Positions 52,921 to 64,000 of a stretch of 64,000 nucleotides of DNA are shown here, piece by piece; the stretch's first letter is position 1; each line of letters begins with the position of its first letter. Position numbers and translations under genes: made by a program. Origin of the DNA: Octopus bimaculoides (taxonomy: Eukaryota). The stretch lies in contig NC_068999.1 of NCBI RefSeq assembly GCF_001194135.2, positions 12,504,750-12,568,749 on the forward strand, given 5' to 3'. The notes under the pieces are model-generated. The model was not told the origin of the DNA, did no database searches, and saw only the letters and a program-made list of their open reading frames with translations.

Positions 52921-53891
52921 CCTGTTAATACGTACTTAATGTACTGGCAGATAATGATATACTTATACTTCAATCTACCTGTTGATCGTCGAGCTGCAAA
53001 GAAAGTGTTAACAGAAAACATGATATATTTAACATCTGAGAGAACCAGGGCTTAACCGGGACGATATTCTCTGTATTCATTTATTAAATTATGGCCTTGC
53101 TGGGGCACTGCCTTGATAGTTATACGTATTTGCTTTTATATCAATTTCCATATAATGGTAGATGCACATTGAAATGAATGATTATTCAATATTTTAATAG
53201 AGTACATGATTAAAATTTGAGACATAGCTGTTGTACGCAAGATGCGAACGATCTTGATGCTCAACGCATTCTTCATACTGTATAGAGAACACAAATACAT
53301 ACGCAAGAGGACGGACACAAACTTACGCGCACACAATCACAAACATACACATATAGATAACAAAGGATACACAATTCGCGATGAAAGCACTCGCATACAC
53401 ACGGTAGTTACAGTTGACATAAAATATTTTCTTTACTACAAATACTACACATGTTTTCCAAGAGCCTGGAGAACTGCGGAAAGTACTTAGGATATAAAAA
53501 AAAGGAAAAACTCAGAAGCAAAAACTGCTTATACTGGAAAAATAAGGAATATTCGTAAATATTTTGTGAAATAACCATTAACGTCACATGATGACAGCTA
53601 GTAAATTGAAAAACTCAACGGTGCAAAAGAATATAAACCAGTTACGTACAACATTTGGACAAAAATTTCTCCTACGTGAATGTATATATATATGCTAAGA
53701 TACAAAGATAAATACATGCACACATAAACATGTTTTCTTAAATGCAAACACGCGAGACTCAAGCACATAATTATATACAGAGAAATAGATAAATATACAA
53801 GACAAAATTAATAATTCAGATGCGTAGACACGCACAAAATGGTAGGCCTGCTTCACATAAATGTATATATACATTCAAACATGGGTGAACA

Positions 53892-54241
53892 GTTCCTTCG
53901 TCGGTTACGACGACGAGGGTTCTAGTTGATCCGGTCAACGGAACATCCTGCTGATGAAATTTGGCTGAACGTTCCACTGACACATGCATATCTAACGTAG
54001 TTCTCCGAGAGATTCAGAATGTGACAAGGCCGGCCCCAAGTACAACAGAAGTAGGAAGAAAGAGTAAGAGAAAGTTGTGGTGAAATAGTGCAGCAGGGTT
54101 CGCCACCATACCCCGCCGGAGCCTAGTGTAGCTTTAGGTGTTTCCGCTCCATAAACACTCACAGCGTCCGCTCTGGAAATCGAAGTCGCGATCCTACAAC
54201 CGCGAGTCCGCTGCTATAACCACTGGGACATTGTGCCTCCA
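53892..54241 (-). mobile_element. SINE family C (tRNA-Arg-like head)
   Basis: Reverse-complement head GGAGGCACAATGTCCCAGTGGTTATAGCAGCGGACTCGCGGTTGTAGGATCGCGACTTCGATTTCC; colinear with 47458-47821. Confidence 0.93.
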
Positions 54242-54269
54242 CTAATGTATGAATATTGCTCAACATATA

Positions 54270-54996
54270 CTCCTTTATTCTTTTACTTGCTTCAATCATT
54301 TGACTGCGGCCCCAGTGGAGCACCACCTTTAGTTGAGCAAACTAACCCCAGGACTTATACTTCGTAAGCCTAGTATTTATTCGATCAGTCTATTTTACCG
54401 ACTCGCTAATGTTACGGAGATGTAAACACACCCGCATCAGTTGTCAAGCGATGGTTGGGAGAACAAACACACACATGCATATATATACATTACACACACA
54501 TANNNNNNNNNNNNNNNNNNNNNNNNNNNNNNNNNNNNNNNNNNNNNNNNNNNNNNNNNNNNNNNNNNNNNNNNNNNNNNNNNNNNNNNNNNNNNNNNNN
54601 NNNNNNNNNNNNNNNNNNNNNNNNNNNNNNNNNNNNNNNNNNNNNNNNNNNNNNNNNNNNNNNNNNNNNNNNNNNNNNNNNNNNNNNNNNNNNNNNNNNN
54701 NNNNNNNNNNNNNNNNNNNNNNNNNNNNNNNNNNNNNNNNNNNNNNNNNNNNNNNNNNNNNNNNNNNNNNNNNNNNNNNNNNTATATATATATATATATG
54801 TATATATGCATACATATACACGCATACATGCATATACGACGGGCATTTTTTTTAGTTTCTGTCTACCTAATCCACTCACAAGAATTTAGTGAGCTCGAGA
54901 CAATAGTAGAAAACACAAGCCCAAGGTGTTACGCAGTGGGACTGAACCTAGGACCATATGGTTGGTAAGCAATATATATAATATAGCCTGCGCCTA
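54270..54996 (-). mobile_element. SINE family B, full-length, central microsatellite spans an N-gap
   Basis: 3' end TTTGACTGCGGCC..GGAGCACCACCTTTAG and head CAGTGGGACTGAACC..GGTTGGTAAGC..CCTGCGCCTAT. Confidence 0.93.
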
Positions 54997-55209
54997 TATT
55001 ATATATATATGCTTACATACTACCATACATGCATACCTATAAATGTACATCTTGTTTGTATGCTGTGCTAACTTTGACCTGATGAATCATCCTCACTATT
55101 CTACTGATTTCGCCCCATCTGAATATCAGCTATTTCTAACATAAAAAAAAAGAGATAGAAATAAAAACCTGGGCTAGGAAACAGCACCGCAGTGATGAAG
55201 ACGCCGTTT

Positions 55210-55323
55210 CCCTCATATCCGTAAAATCGAACGCAGCGGAATTTTGAAGTCAGAGCATAAAGACGGACGAAATGCCGCGGAGCATTTTGTCCGGTCTTCT
55301 AACGATTCAGCAGTTCGTTGCCC
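55210..55323 (-). mobile_element. SINE family A 5' part
   Basis: GCGGAATTTTGAAGTCAGAGCATAAAGACGGACGAAATGCCGCGGAGCATTTTGTCCGG..CTAACGATTC is the reverse complement of the head. Confidence 0.85.
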
Positions 55324-55440
55324 TACATATATGCATAATGACCACACGCACACATACAAGCGCGCACAATCACAAGCCCACACAAAATACACAGACACAT
55401 AAATACACACACATACACATACACACATACACATGTATCC

Positions 55441-55441
55441 T

Positions 55442-55504
<63 letters not shown>
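55441..55504. repeat. (ATCT)n microsatellite
   Basis: Directly visible. Confidence 0.98.
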
Positions 55505-55816
55505 GAATATTGAAGGCTTCTGGCATACTTTGCATGGTAGGATGAGATTATGGTGAGAAACAGAATTTCAGTATCATGAGTATCTATTCACGAGTGCTGA
55601 GGAACGGATACTGAATTAGATGATAGAATTGCCTGATGTTGGCAGAGCATATGATATTAACACAAGGAGAGTTCTTTTCCGTGATATGGCATCTGCACCG
55701 CAGCCGCTGGACTATGATTTCCGCTGTTGATATTCTGTGATATTTAATAATATCGTTTATGCGAATATGATTTCTAAGGGCAATTACCATCATATATATA
55801 TATATATATATATATG

Positions 55817-56040
55817 CGCATGTGTGTATGTTTGTGTGTCTGTTTACCCTCTCCCCACCGCTTGACAACCGATGTTCGTGTGTTCACGTCCCTGTAACCT
55901 AGCAGTTCTGGAAAAGAGCCCGATAGAATAAGTACTAGGCTTACACAGAATAAGCCCTTAGGTCGATTTGTTCGACTATAAAGTCGGTGCCTCAGCATGG
56001 TTGCAGTCAAATGACTGAAACAAGTAAATGAGTAAAAGAG
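55817..56040 (+). mobile_element. SINE family B 3' half
   Basis: CCACCGCTTGACAACCGATG..CCGATAGAATAAGTACTAGGCTTAC..GCAGTCAAATGACTGAAACAAGTAAA. Confidence 0.93.
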
Positions 56041-56765
56041 TAACCCGGTATAATTTTACCTCATCGTGGCTACCTTTAGATATTAACCGTTCAAGAATAT
56101 CATCATATTTGTTGTGAATATCTCTCCATTTTACTACATTTCTTGGTCCCTTTCAACAATAATTCATACCAATACCGTTATCATTATCGCTACATCTGAC
56201 AATGTAACCTTGTATAATTTACCACTTCGTTCGTTTTTCGTAAGCACAACTATTTATTTGACTTCTATTGTCACTCATATAGCCTATCGTATACACTTTG
56301 TAGTTATTAACTTCCATTTGTTTTACTGTTTTTATTCTTCATATTTTTACAGAATGTTTTGGGTATCGACATTTTAATACTTATTTTAAAATCACTTGTA
56401 CTCATCCTATATGGCTTAATTTTATCATTTGTACGAATTTTATAATTTTCTTTTTCAATATATTAACATTCTCACATGTCTCATTAACTTTTCAGTACAT
56501 ATTTTCATAACGTTTTCTATAGAATTCTATGGAAGTTTACTCATTTTTATGTGTCCACCAAAAATTCTCATTTCTTTTCCTGAAATATGTTTTTTTTCTA
56601 TTATACTTTCATTCTTATTTCATTTTTCCTTTACTCCATTTTTGACTAATACGTTGTCCTATTTACAACTATGGACCATCCTTCTTAGACAATAACCCTG
56701 TTGCTATGACTTCTTTTCCTTTCATCTTTATTGCCATCTTTATCATTATTTCTTCTATCTTATTG

Positions 56766-56860
56766 ATAGGCGTGGTTCTGTGGTAAAATGTTTGCTTCCC
56801 AACTGTACGGTTCTCGTTCAGTCTTCTACAATATCTCCGGACAGGAGCAGGAGCAACCCC
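56766..56860 (+). mobile_element. SINE family B head fragment
   Basis: ATAGGCGTGGTTCTGTGGTAAAATGTTTGCTTCCCAAC..GGTTCTCGTTCAGTCTTCTACAATATC. Confidence 0.7.
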
Positions 56861-56994
56861 TTGCTATATNNNNNNNNNNNNNNNNNNNNNNNNNNNNNNN
56901 NNNNNNNNNNNNNNNNNNNNNNNNNNNNNNNNNNNNNNNNNNNNNNNNNNNNNNNNNNNNNNNNNNNNNNNNNNNNNNNNNNNNNNNNNNATAT

Positions 56995-57165
56995 ATATAT
57001 AGGGAGAATTCACAAAATAATCAAAAGACGAAGGCAGGTTGTGTAAAAAAACAAACAGATGTATTAGTTTAACGCTCGGGGAGTGAAAAAGGTTTTTAAC
57101 GTTTCAAGCCTACACTCTTCCACAGAAATGAACCCAGAAAGAGACAAGGATAGAAAATAAACAAT
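56995..57165 (-). mobile_element. Dispersed repeat with hammerhead-like relic (possible Penelope-like element terminus), copy 1
   Basis: Reverse complement TTTCTGTGGAAGAGTGTAGGCTTGAAACGTTAAAA; homologous to ~47040-47130. Confidence 0.5.
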
Positions 57166-57450
57166 ATGTAGTGGCTAGTGATGTATCAGGGCGAATGCCG
57201 GGTAGAGGGGACACGCACGAGAGCTAAGAAGAAGGGGATATGATAAAGTAGTGCTGATTCCAAAACGAAGGCTCGTGTGCGTGTGTATAAGAGTGTATAT
57301 GTATGTGCATGTGGAAGAGGGCTGTTGACCTTGACGTGTGTGTGTGTGCATGTGTAGGTTTGTGAATGATATTGTGGGGCTGGGAAGTGGTCAGTGCTAG
57401 TGTGTGCGTGGGGGTATGATGTGATGTGTTGTGTGGTATGAGGGTGTATG

Positions 57451-57502
57451 GTGTGGTGGTGTGTTGTGTGGTGTGGTGGTGTGTTGTGTGGTGTGGTGGT
57501 GT
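57451..57502. repeat. 20-bp GT-rich tandem repeat (GTGTGGTGGTGTGTTGTGTG) x2.5
   Basis: Directly visible. Confidence 0.9.
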
Positions 57503-57574
57503 TGGGATTGTGGGAGAGGTGAGTGTGGGAAAAAGCAAGTAAAACGTTTACATTTATCTCTATTCTGGTATTTA

Positions 57575-58468
57575 CGCAGGTTGGGTGAAAAGTTCACAAA
57601 CTGACTATGAGAAAATGATACTACAACTGTGAAATTTTACGCACATTAATGTCAACAAGCATTAATATTTTTTTTTTCTAATTCTTTCCAGAACAACTGA
57701 CTTGTGATTGTTGAAAAAAGTCTATAAGTGTAACAAATACAAACTTGTTTTGAAAATCGACTAAATATGGCACTGTGATTTTATCAATTACCTGCAATAA
57801 AAGGACACTCAATTCAAAAATGGTTGCTACATTAGGAGATGATGCTCCAGCTTTGACATCAGTGCAAAAGTGGGCAGACGAATTTAGGAGAGGAAGAGAC
57901 GAGTCTTAAAGGTCTGGAGGTCATACAAAAATCCTACAACCGAGGAAAGAATTCATCGCTTTCCTACGTAGTGATGGATGACAGGTGATTGACTATAAAT
58001 CAAATAATCAATACTGTTGGCTGATCGCGTGTGAGAGTTGAGAATATTATGAACAATGAAGTTAGCATGGCGATGGTTTGTGCTGTTTGTGTTCCATGTC
58101 TTGTAACATCTGTTCACAAGAGAAACATGCAGATCACATCACTGGAAAATCTGAGTAAACGGTATTGTGCAAATTGACTATCTTGAAAAGGGCGACAGCA
58201 TTGATGGAGAGTCCTCAGCTAATTTGCTGATTCAGTTACGAAAGACTACCAACACCATATGTGCCCCGCAAGAAAAGAAAAAAATATGGTGGATTCATCT
58301 GATCAGGACAATGCTCTAGTACAGATGTCCTTGCTTTCAACAGCAGCTGCGTAACTGACTTTGATAAGGTTGAAAACCCTACCTGCTTCCTGATTTCGTC
58401 AAAGCTGAATTTGTTTACATTACATGAAATTTTTATTCATCAGGCTATGAGTTATCAGCTGATTCTCG
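57575..58468 (+). mobile_element. Decayed, internally deleted mariner, same family as 12203-13407
   Basis: TA|CGCAGGTTGGGTGAAAAGTTCACAAACTGAC left TIR; right TIR reverse complement CGAGAATCAGCTGATAACTCATAGCCTGATG; peptide VATLGDDAPALTSVQKWADEFRRGR. Confidence 0.9.
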
Positions 58469-59009
58469 AATAATGCCATTTATTCTCCATTGATTCTTGA
58501 ATTATATTTGTAGAATTCTATGTATTGTTTATTTACTACTACGACAATTGCAGCCTACACATTGGCCGTTCCAGCACTCCCGGTTTTATACATTTCAACT
58601 CTCATTTCATCATTTTACATTTCTTTATTCACGTTGAATACTTCTATATATTCCCTCTTACGTTACTGGTTCTATATTCAATTCATCTCTTGTATTTCAG
58701 TTCAGCAGAATTCCATTCAATGACATTCTAAGACCCGCCAATCCTATTTCATTCTGTCCCATAAATACATTCTCTTCACAATTTGTTCTTATTCCTATTC
58801 TCTTTAATTCTTATTCCTATTTTCATTGTTTGTTCGTTGGTTTGTTTGTTTGTTTCTTTCTTTCTTCCTTCCTTTCAATCTTTGTCTGTCTCCATCTATT
58901 CCTTTTCAGCTTTCGCTTTTCTTCATTCCTTTATCCTCATTTGTCCCTTGTTAAGATAATTTCTCTACGCCATCACGCATTGTGACAGCATATATATATA
59001 TTTATCTTT

Positions 59010-59255
59010 TTCTTTTATTCGTTTATTTGTTTCATGCATTTGACTGCGGCCATGCTGGAGCACCGCCTTTAGTCCAATAAATCTACCCTAGTACTTATTC
59101 TTTGTAAGCCTAGTACTTATTCTATCGGTTCTTTTGCCGAAGTGCTAAGTTACTGGGAAGTGAACACACCAACATCGATTGCCAAGCGATGCTGAAGGGA
59201 CAAACACAGACACACAGACATACACCCTCACGCGCACACACATACACACACACGC

Positions 59256-59294
<39 letters not shown>

Positions 59295-59464
59295 CACGAC
59301 GGGATTCTTACGGTTTCTTTCCGTCTACCAAATCCACTCACAAGTCTTTGGTCGGCCCGAGGTTATAGTTGAAGACACTTGCCCAAGGTGACACGCAATG
59401 GGATCGAACCCGGAACCATGTGGTTGGTAAGCAAGCTGCTTACTACACAGCTACTCCTGCGCCT
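59010..59464 (-). mobile_element. SINE family B, best-preserved full-length copy with internal (CA)n
   Basis: TTTGACTGCGGCCATGCTGGAGCACCGCC..CCGTCTACCAAATCCACTCACAAG..GGTCGGCCCGAGG..GATCGAACCCGGAACCATGTGGTTGGTAAGCAAGCTGCTTACTACACAGCTACTCCTGCGCC. Confidence 0.96.
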
Positions 59465-62282
59465 ATGTAAAATATTCATTAAAGGTATCTAAGAGATACC
59501 ACTATGCAAGATGTAGCAGTCAAAACTTGACTCTAAAACCACATTAAATGTCAATCGAACGGTGATCGAACGGTTACATATCTTGAAAGAGACCGGTTCG
59601 AAATGGATTTAAAATCAATTGTGGCTTCTGAAACATCTAGACTCGAAACGGAATAGAGACAAGAAAGTGATGTCGGAACAAACATAAGGAAATTGAAGCG
59701 ACAAGACAAACAGTTATGTTGCCTCATTTAGCCTTTCAAAATCACATGAGGTACGAATGACTCAACAGCCATTGAACAATTGAATATATATATATATGTG
59801 TGTGTGGGTGTGTGTGAGTATGTGTATGTATTTGTATGTATTTCTATACGCTTTATGTAAATATCTTTCTATGGGTATATAGCAAAAGAGAGGGATATAA
59901 ACAGAAAGAGACACTAAGACTTGGGAGAAAATAGGCTTGTCAATTGAATTCATTGAAATAACATCCGAGAAATATCCATTATTATGTAACAATATGCTGC
60001 AGTTTGAATGGGCAAATACATCATTTCACTGGGGTTCAGGAAATGAAGATCCAGAGAATTGAAAATGATTATCGGTGCCGTTGTGTCTGTCCCTACATAT
60101 CTTATGAGATAAAGAGCTATTGGTTGAGTGACAAACTGTTAGAAAAGCCTGGATTTTCAAAATAAAAATCTATTTCTTGAAGTTTGTTTTTCATATTATA
60201 TACTGAGATTGAAAGAGCAGGTTATGATAATTATTTCTGAATGAGAGTCAAGGTGTTCATGGTACTCTTTTCTCCTTGAAATTTATTTCTATTCTTACCA
60301 AAATATTATTCTTGCAAACGAAATCCGTTTGAATATCGTGCTCCCAAACACGGGCTCGTTTAAAAATGCATCTATTTCTATCTCTATCTCTCATTTTCTA
60401 TGTATACATACAACGTTAGTACACAAATTCAGTCGCCAGCACATATAGACAAAATCAAAATACATATATACATCCGCAGTGCATATACACGCCAAGAAGT
60501 ATATGTCTGTTTTGTTTGGAGATCTATGTTGCTATTTTATATACCTGTGTGTTCCGTATAAGATAATTCTACTAGTATAGCTTTGTAGCAACGATTTCGC
60601 TTCACACATATAAGATCCATGTTTTGGAGATTTTGTAACTGTCTATTTTCAACTATATCATAAGCAAGCAAATAAATAAAATGAATGTGTGAATAAATGG
60701 ATGTATAAACAAATAAAGCAAACTAACTTAAGTACGGATCAAGTCAAACTTTAAAATTCCATAGTGTGGAAACGAAAACTAGTCTGAAACATCACTGATT
60801 TTACTGCACCCATAATATCAAACAATAATTTTCTGAAATGTTTTGTCCTTATATTGCGCTTTTCACTGGTTATGGTTTTTTAATCGTATCTTCAATGAAG
60901 CGAAAATGAAAAGCAAACGTTGTAGTTAAATACTTTGAGTTTTTTTTTCTCTATTTGTTTTTTGTTCGCTACTCCTCATGTTACAATTATTCATCCGTAG
61001 ATTGTGCCTTCAATCGCTATCTCTGAAATGCTCACGACAGAACCTCGTTGGATCTTGTAACAAGTATCACACTTTACCTTAATCAATAAGGACATCATAG
61101 TCAAATATATATTCCTTATTAGATTACCGTTGCATTCGCCATCACTACTACTGATACCACTCTCAGTACTACCATCGCTACCACAGCTATCAGCAATATC
61201 ATCAATGATTACAAATGCAACGACTTGTAGCATTTAGGCTCCGGTTGTGTTGCTGCCGCTCTCCGCTAAATTAATGACGTTGTCTTAAGGTTGCAGGAGA
61301 GGGGAGATTTTTTGAAATTACGACAAGAAAAAAAACAAAAAGACTAAATCAATCGTAATCATATTTCTGGCAATTGCTCTTACGATTGTATGGAAAGTAA
61401 AATGACGAAAGAGGATATTCACCCAGGTGGAATTTCGTTCCTGAATTGAGAAGAATAAAATGCAACTAAAAAAAATATTTCGTTTTCATTCAGCAATACT
61501 CAATTATCGATAATGATTATCGTTTAGTCTTTTATCTGCCGTTAGCAAATTAGAAGAAATCGTCTAATATCCATATTTCAGTTATTGATATTCAATAGTT
61601 ACTATTTTGAAAGTATGACAGTGTCGCTATATATTATTTCAAAAATGTGAATGGAATGATTTGAGGAAATATACGTACGAAGACACACATACAAGCACAC
61701 GCACATACACGCAAAAAAATACATACACACGTACGCTCGCACAAACTCACACAGAGGTCAAAAAGTAGGAGTGCGTTACGTGAATAATATTTTCAGGAGA
61801 CAAACACGGACGGCAATAAACAAACGAGCGGAAAAAAAAAAGACGCAGAAGGTCAAGTTGAAAAACATATACCAAATGTACAGACGAACGGAAAATAAAC
61901 ACGAAGGTCACCAAGTCCCCATCAGTTATTGACTAAGTTGTAGAGAACTTGCTGAGAATGCGACGAAAACATAACAAAAGAAAACGAGACGGACAAACAA
62001 GGATGAACAAGGAATACGGAAATGGATAGAATTAATTCGTGTCGATAATGTTAATGGATGGACAAGGNNNNNNNNNNNNNNNNNNNNNNNNNNNNNNNNN
62101 NNNNNNNNNNNNNNNNNNNNNNNNNNNNNNNNNNNNNNNNNNNNNNNNNNNNNNNNNNNNNNNNNNNNNNNNNNNNNNNNNNNNNNNNNNNNNNNNNNNN
62201 NNNNNNNNNNNNNNNNNNNNNNNNNNNNNNNNNNNNNNNNNNNNNNNNNNNNNNNNNNNNNNNNNNNNNNNNNNNNNNNNNN

Positions 62283-62332
<50 letters not shown>

Positions 62333-62380
62333 GTGTATATGTATGTATATTTGTGTGTGCATCTGTGTGTTCGTGTGTGT

Positions 62381-62445
62381 CTTCTCCTTCTTCTTCTTCT
62401 TCTTCTTCTTCTTCTTCTTCTTCTTCTTCTTCTTCTTTCTCTTCT
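62381..62445. repeat. (CTT)n microsatellite
   Basis: Directly visible. Confidence 0.97.
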
Positions 62446-63155
62446 CTATTCCACCGCCACCCTTTTCTCCTTGTTATTGTTGATGTTCTTCTTATACTTC
62501 TTTGTCTCCCATTTACGGGGTCCCTTTACACCTGCCTCGTCCATTTATCTTTGTTTTTCTTTACCATCCTCTTTTCCTCACCACACTTACACTCGCAGAA
62601 AGTTTCCTTCTTTTTCCTTTATTTTTCTTCTATTAAAAAAAAAATGTAAAACTAACCTACCTCTTTCCCCTGAAGTTTTTCGAGAGAACTCACCTTTAAC
62701 CTTGATACCATGCTTGAAACAAAAACCAAACTCTTAACAAACCACAGCAACATAACCATCAGCGAACGTAACAAAAACAATCGCTGACTTCCTCTAAATA
62801 CAAACGATTTACATATTGACCCCTCTCAGCTATAATTATAATTCTAAACAGTGTTTTCTGTGATAATATGGATGGACGCCAGCACAAAATATCTGCCAAC
62901 TTTTATCTGGTCGATGCAAATAAGTTTAAGTGGATAATGATTAAAACCATCTAATACACTGTATTTTTTAAGAAAATAAAAATACATTTAGGAAAAATGA
63001 ATAACTAAATAATGAAAAAAATAATATCTATTAAAAACTAAGTAAATATGGTGAAGTGTGTTTCCATATAATATTACATTACTAATACTTGATCTTCACG
63101 GTTGTTGCTTCAGGAGCTATAAATATATATTGGAAGCGAAAGAAAAAAAATGACT

Positions 63156-63373
63156 ATATTTAATGGTTTCAAATTTTGGAAGGAGACCAGGAAGTTCGGG
63201 AGAAGGGATTAGTCGAAAACATCGACCAATGTTCAACTAGTACTTATTTTATCGAACTCGAAATGATAAGAATGAAAGTCTAACTCGGTGGAATTTGAAC
63301 ACACAGCGTTTAGACGGACGAAATTCTACTAAGAATTTCGTCTGGTGGGCTAATGATTCTGTTAGCTCGCCGC
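63156..63373 (-). mobile_element. SINE family A, full-length degenerate
   Basis: GGTTTCAAATTTTGG..GTACTTATTTTATCGA..GGTGGAATTTGAAC..AGACGGACGAAAT..GCTAATGATTCTGTTAGCTCGCCGC. Confidence 0.9.
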
Positions 63374-63547
63374 GTTATGACAGTATATTATACTCGTAAT
63401 TCGCCATTCATGTTTACAATCCAGAAGAACCATTCATGCATGTGTGAATTTATTTCATTAGGGGAAGCCATCGTGAAAGTGCATAAGTTCGTAACAATGA
63501 AATAAGTATACACACGCACACATATACTCACACAACCAAACGAACAG

Positions 63548-63725
63548 ATGTGACTGTGTCGCAAGAAGCTTACTTTCCAATCACGTGGTTTAGGGTTAGT
63601 CCCACTGCGTGGCACCCTTCTCCGAATTTCTTTCTACTATAGTCTCGCTCCGATCAAAGCTTTGCTAGTGGATCTGTTAGACAGAAATTGAAAGAAGCCT
63701 GTCTTATCTCTGAGTGTGTGAGTGT
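63548..63725 (+). mobile_element. SINE family B 5' half
   Basis: GTGACTGTGTCGCAAGAAGCTTACTTTCCAATCACGTGG..GTCCCACTGCGTGGCACC..CCGATCAAAGCTTTGCTAGTGGATC..GAAAGAAGCCTGTC. Confidence 0.88.
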
Positions 63726-63745
63726 TTGTGCGCTCTCGCATTACA

Positions 63746-64000
63746 CGTGAAGCAAAACACGCCACTTGTTCGTCAGTCTTTCTACTCCCCAGAATTGGCT
63801 CCGGATGACTTTTGTCTATTCTCGAAGATCAAAAGAACACTCAAAGATTTGAGACAACAGAGGACATTAAGCAAAATTCGATGGTGCAACTCTACAGCAT
63901 CTTAAACAATTATTTCGAGAAATGTTTCCAGCAGCAATAGGAAGGCTGAGGAAAGTGTGTAGACTCCCAAGGCGAATACTTTGAAGGAGACTAAAGCAAA
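63746..64000 (+). mobile_element. Mariner transposase C-terminal relic (irritans-like)
   Basis: QNTPLVRQSFYSPELAPDDFCLFSKIKRTLK, a frameshift, then FETTEDIKQNSMVQL..YFEKCFQQQ*EG*GKCVDSQGEYFEGD*. Confidence 0.92.

Noticed and set aside
58540-58575. Minus-strand GCNCR peptide (Penelope-type Cys motif)
   Set aside because: Followed by a stop with no CPL..C or GIY-YIG continuation
149-63905. Most ORFs in the supplied six-frame track (poly-YI, CV, HT, S, T, X runs)
   Set aside because: They are translations of microsatellites and N-gaps with no domain content
1-64000. CRISPR array, rRNA or prokaryotic operon-like system
   Set aside because: No regularly spaced repeat-spacer array, rRNA-like segment or gene-dense region; the sequence is animal non-coding DNA

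Overview
AT-rich animal genomic DNA from a draft assembly, with 16 N-gaps totalling about 4.8 kb, most abutting (TA)n runs. The repeat complement points to a coleoid cephalopod, most likely Octopus: three recurring tRNA-type SINE families, mariner relics and dense di-, tri- and tetranucleotide microsatellites. The species assignment is pattern recognition, not a database hit. No intact protein-coding gene, true tRNA/rRNA gene or CRISPR array is supported, and almost all ORFs in the supplied track are microsatellite or gap artefacts, so the window looks intronic or intergenic. Recognisable content: about 20 SINE copies, five decayed mariner fragments, a decayed R4/Dong-like non-LTR retrotransposon with a restriction-like endonuclease (RLE), a short CRE-like retrotransposon C-terminus, two fold-back/MITE-like inverted repeats, and a few weak micro-exon candidates. 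The most interesting observations are (i) two copies of a repeat whose joint consensus resembles the minimal, dimer-acting hammerhead variants of Penelope-like elements, (ii) a SINE interrupted by a 65-bp fold-back inversion capped by telomere-like (TAACCC)n, and (iii) an approximately 540-bp palindrome. I found no convincing new multi-gene system.
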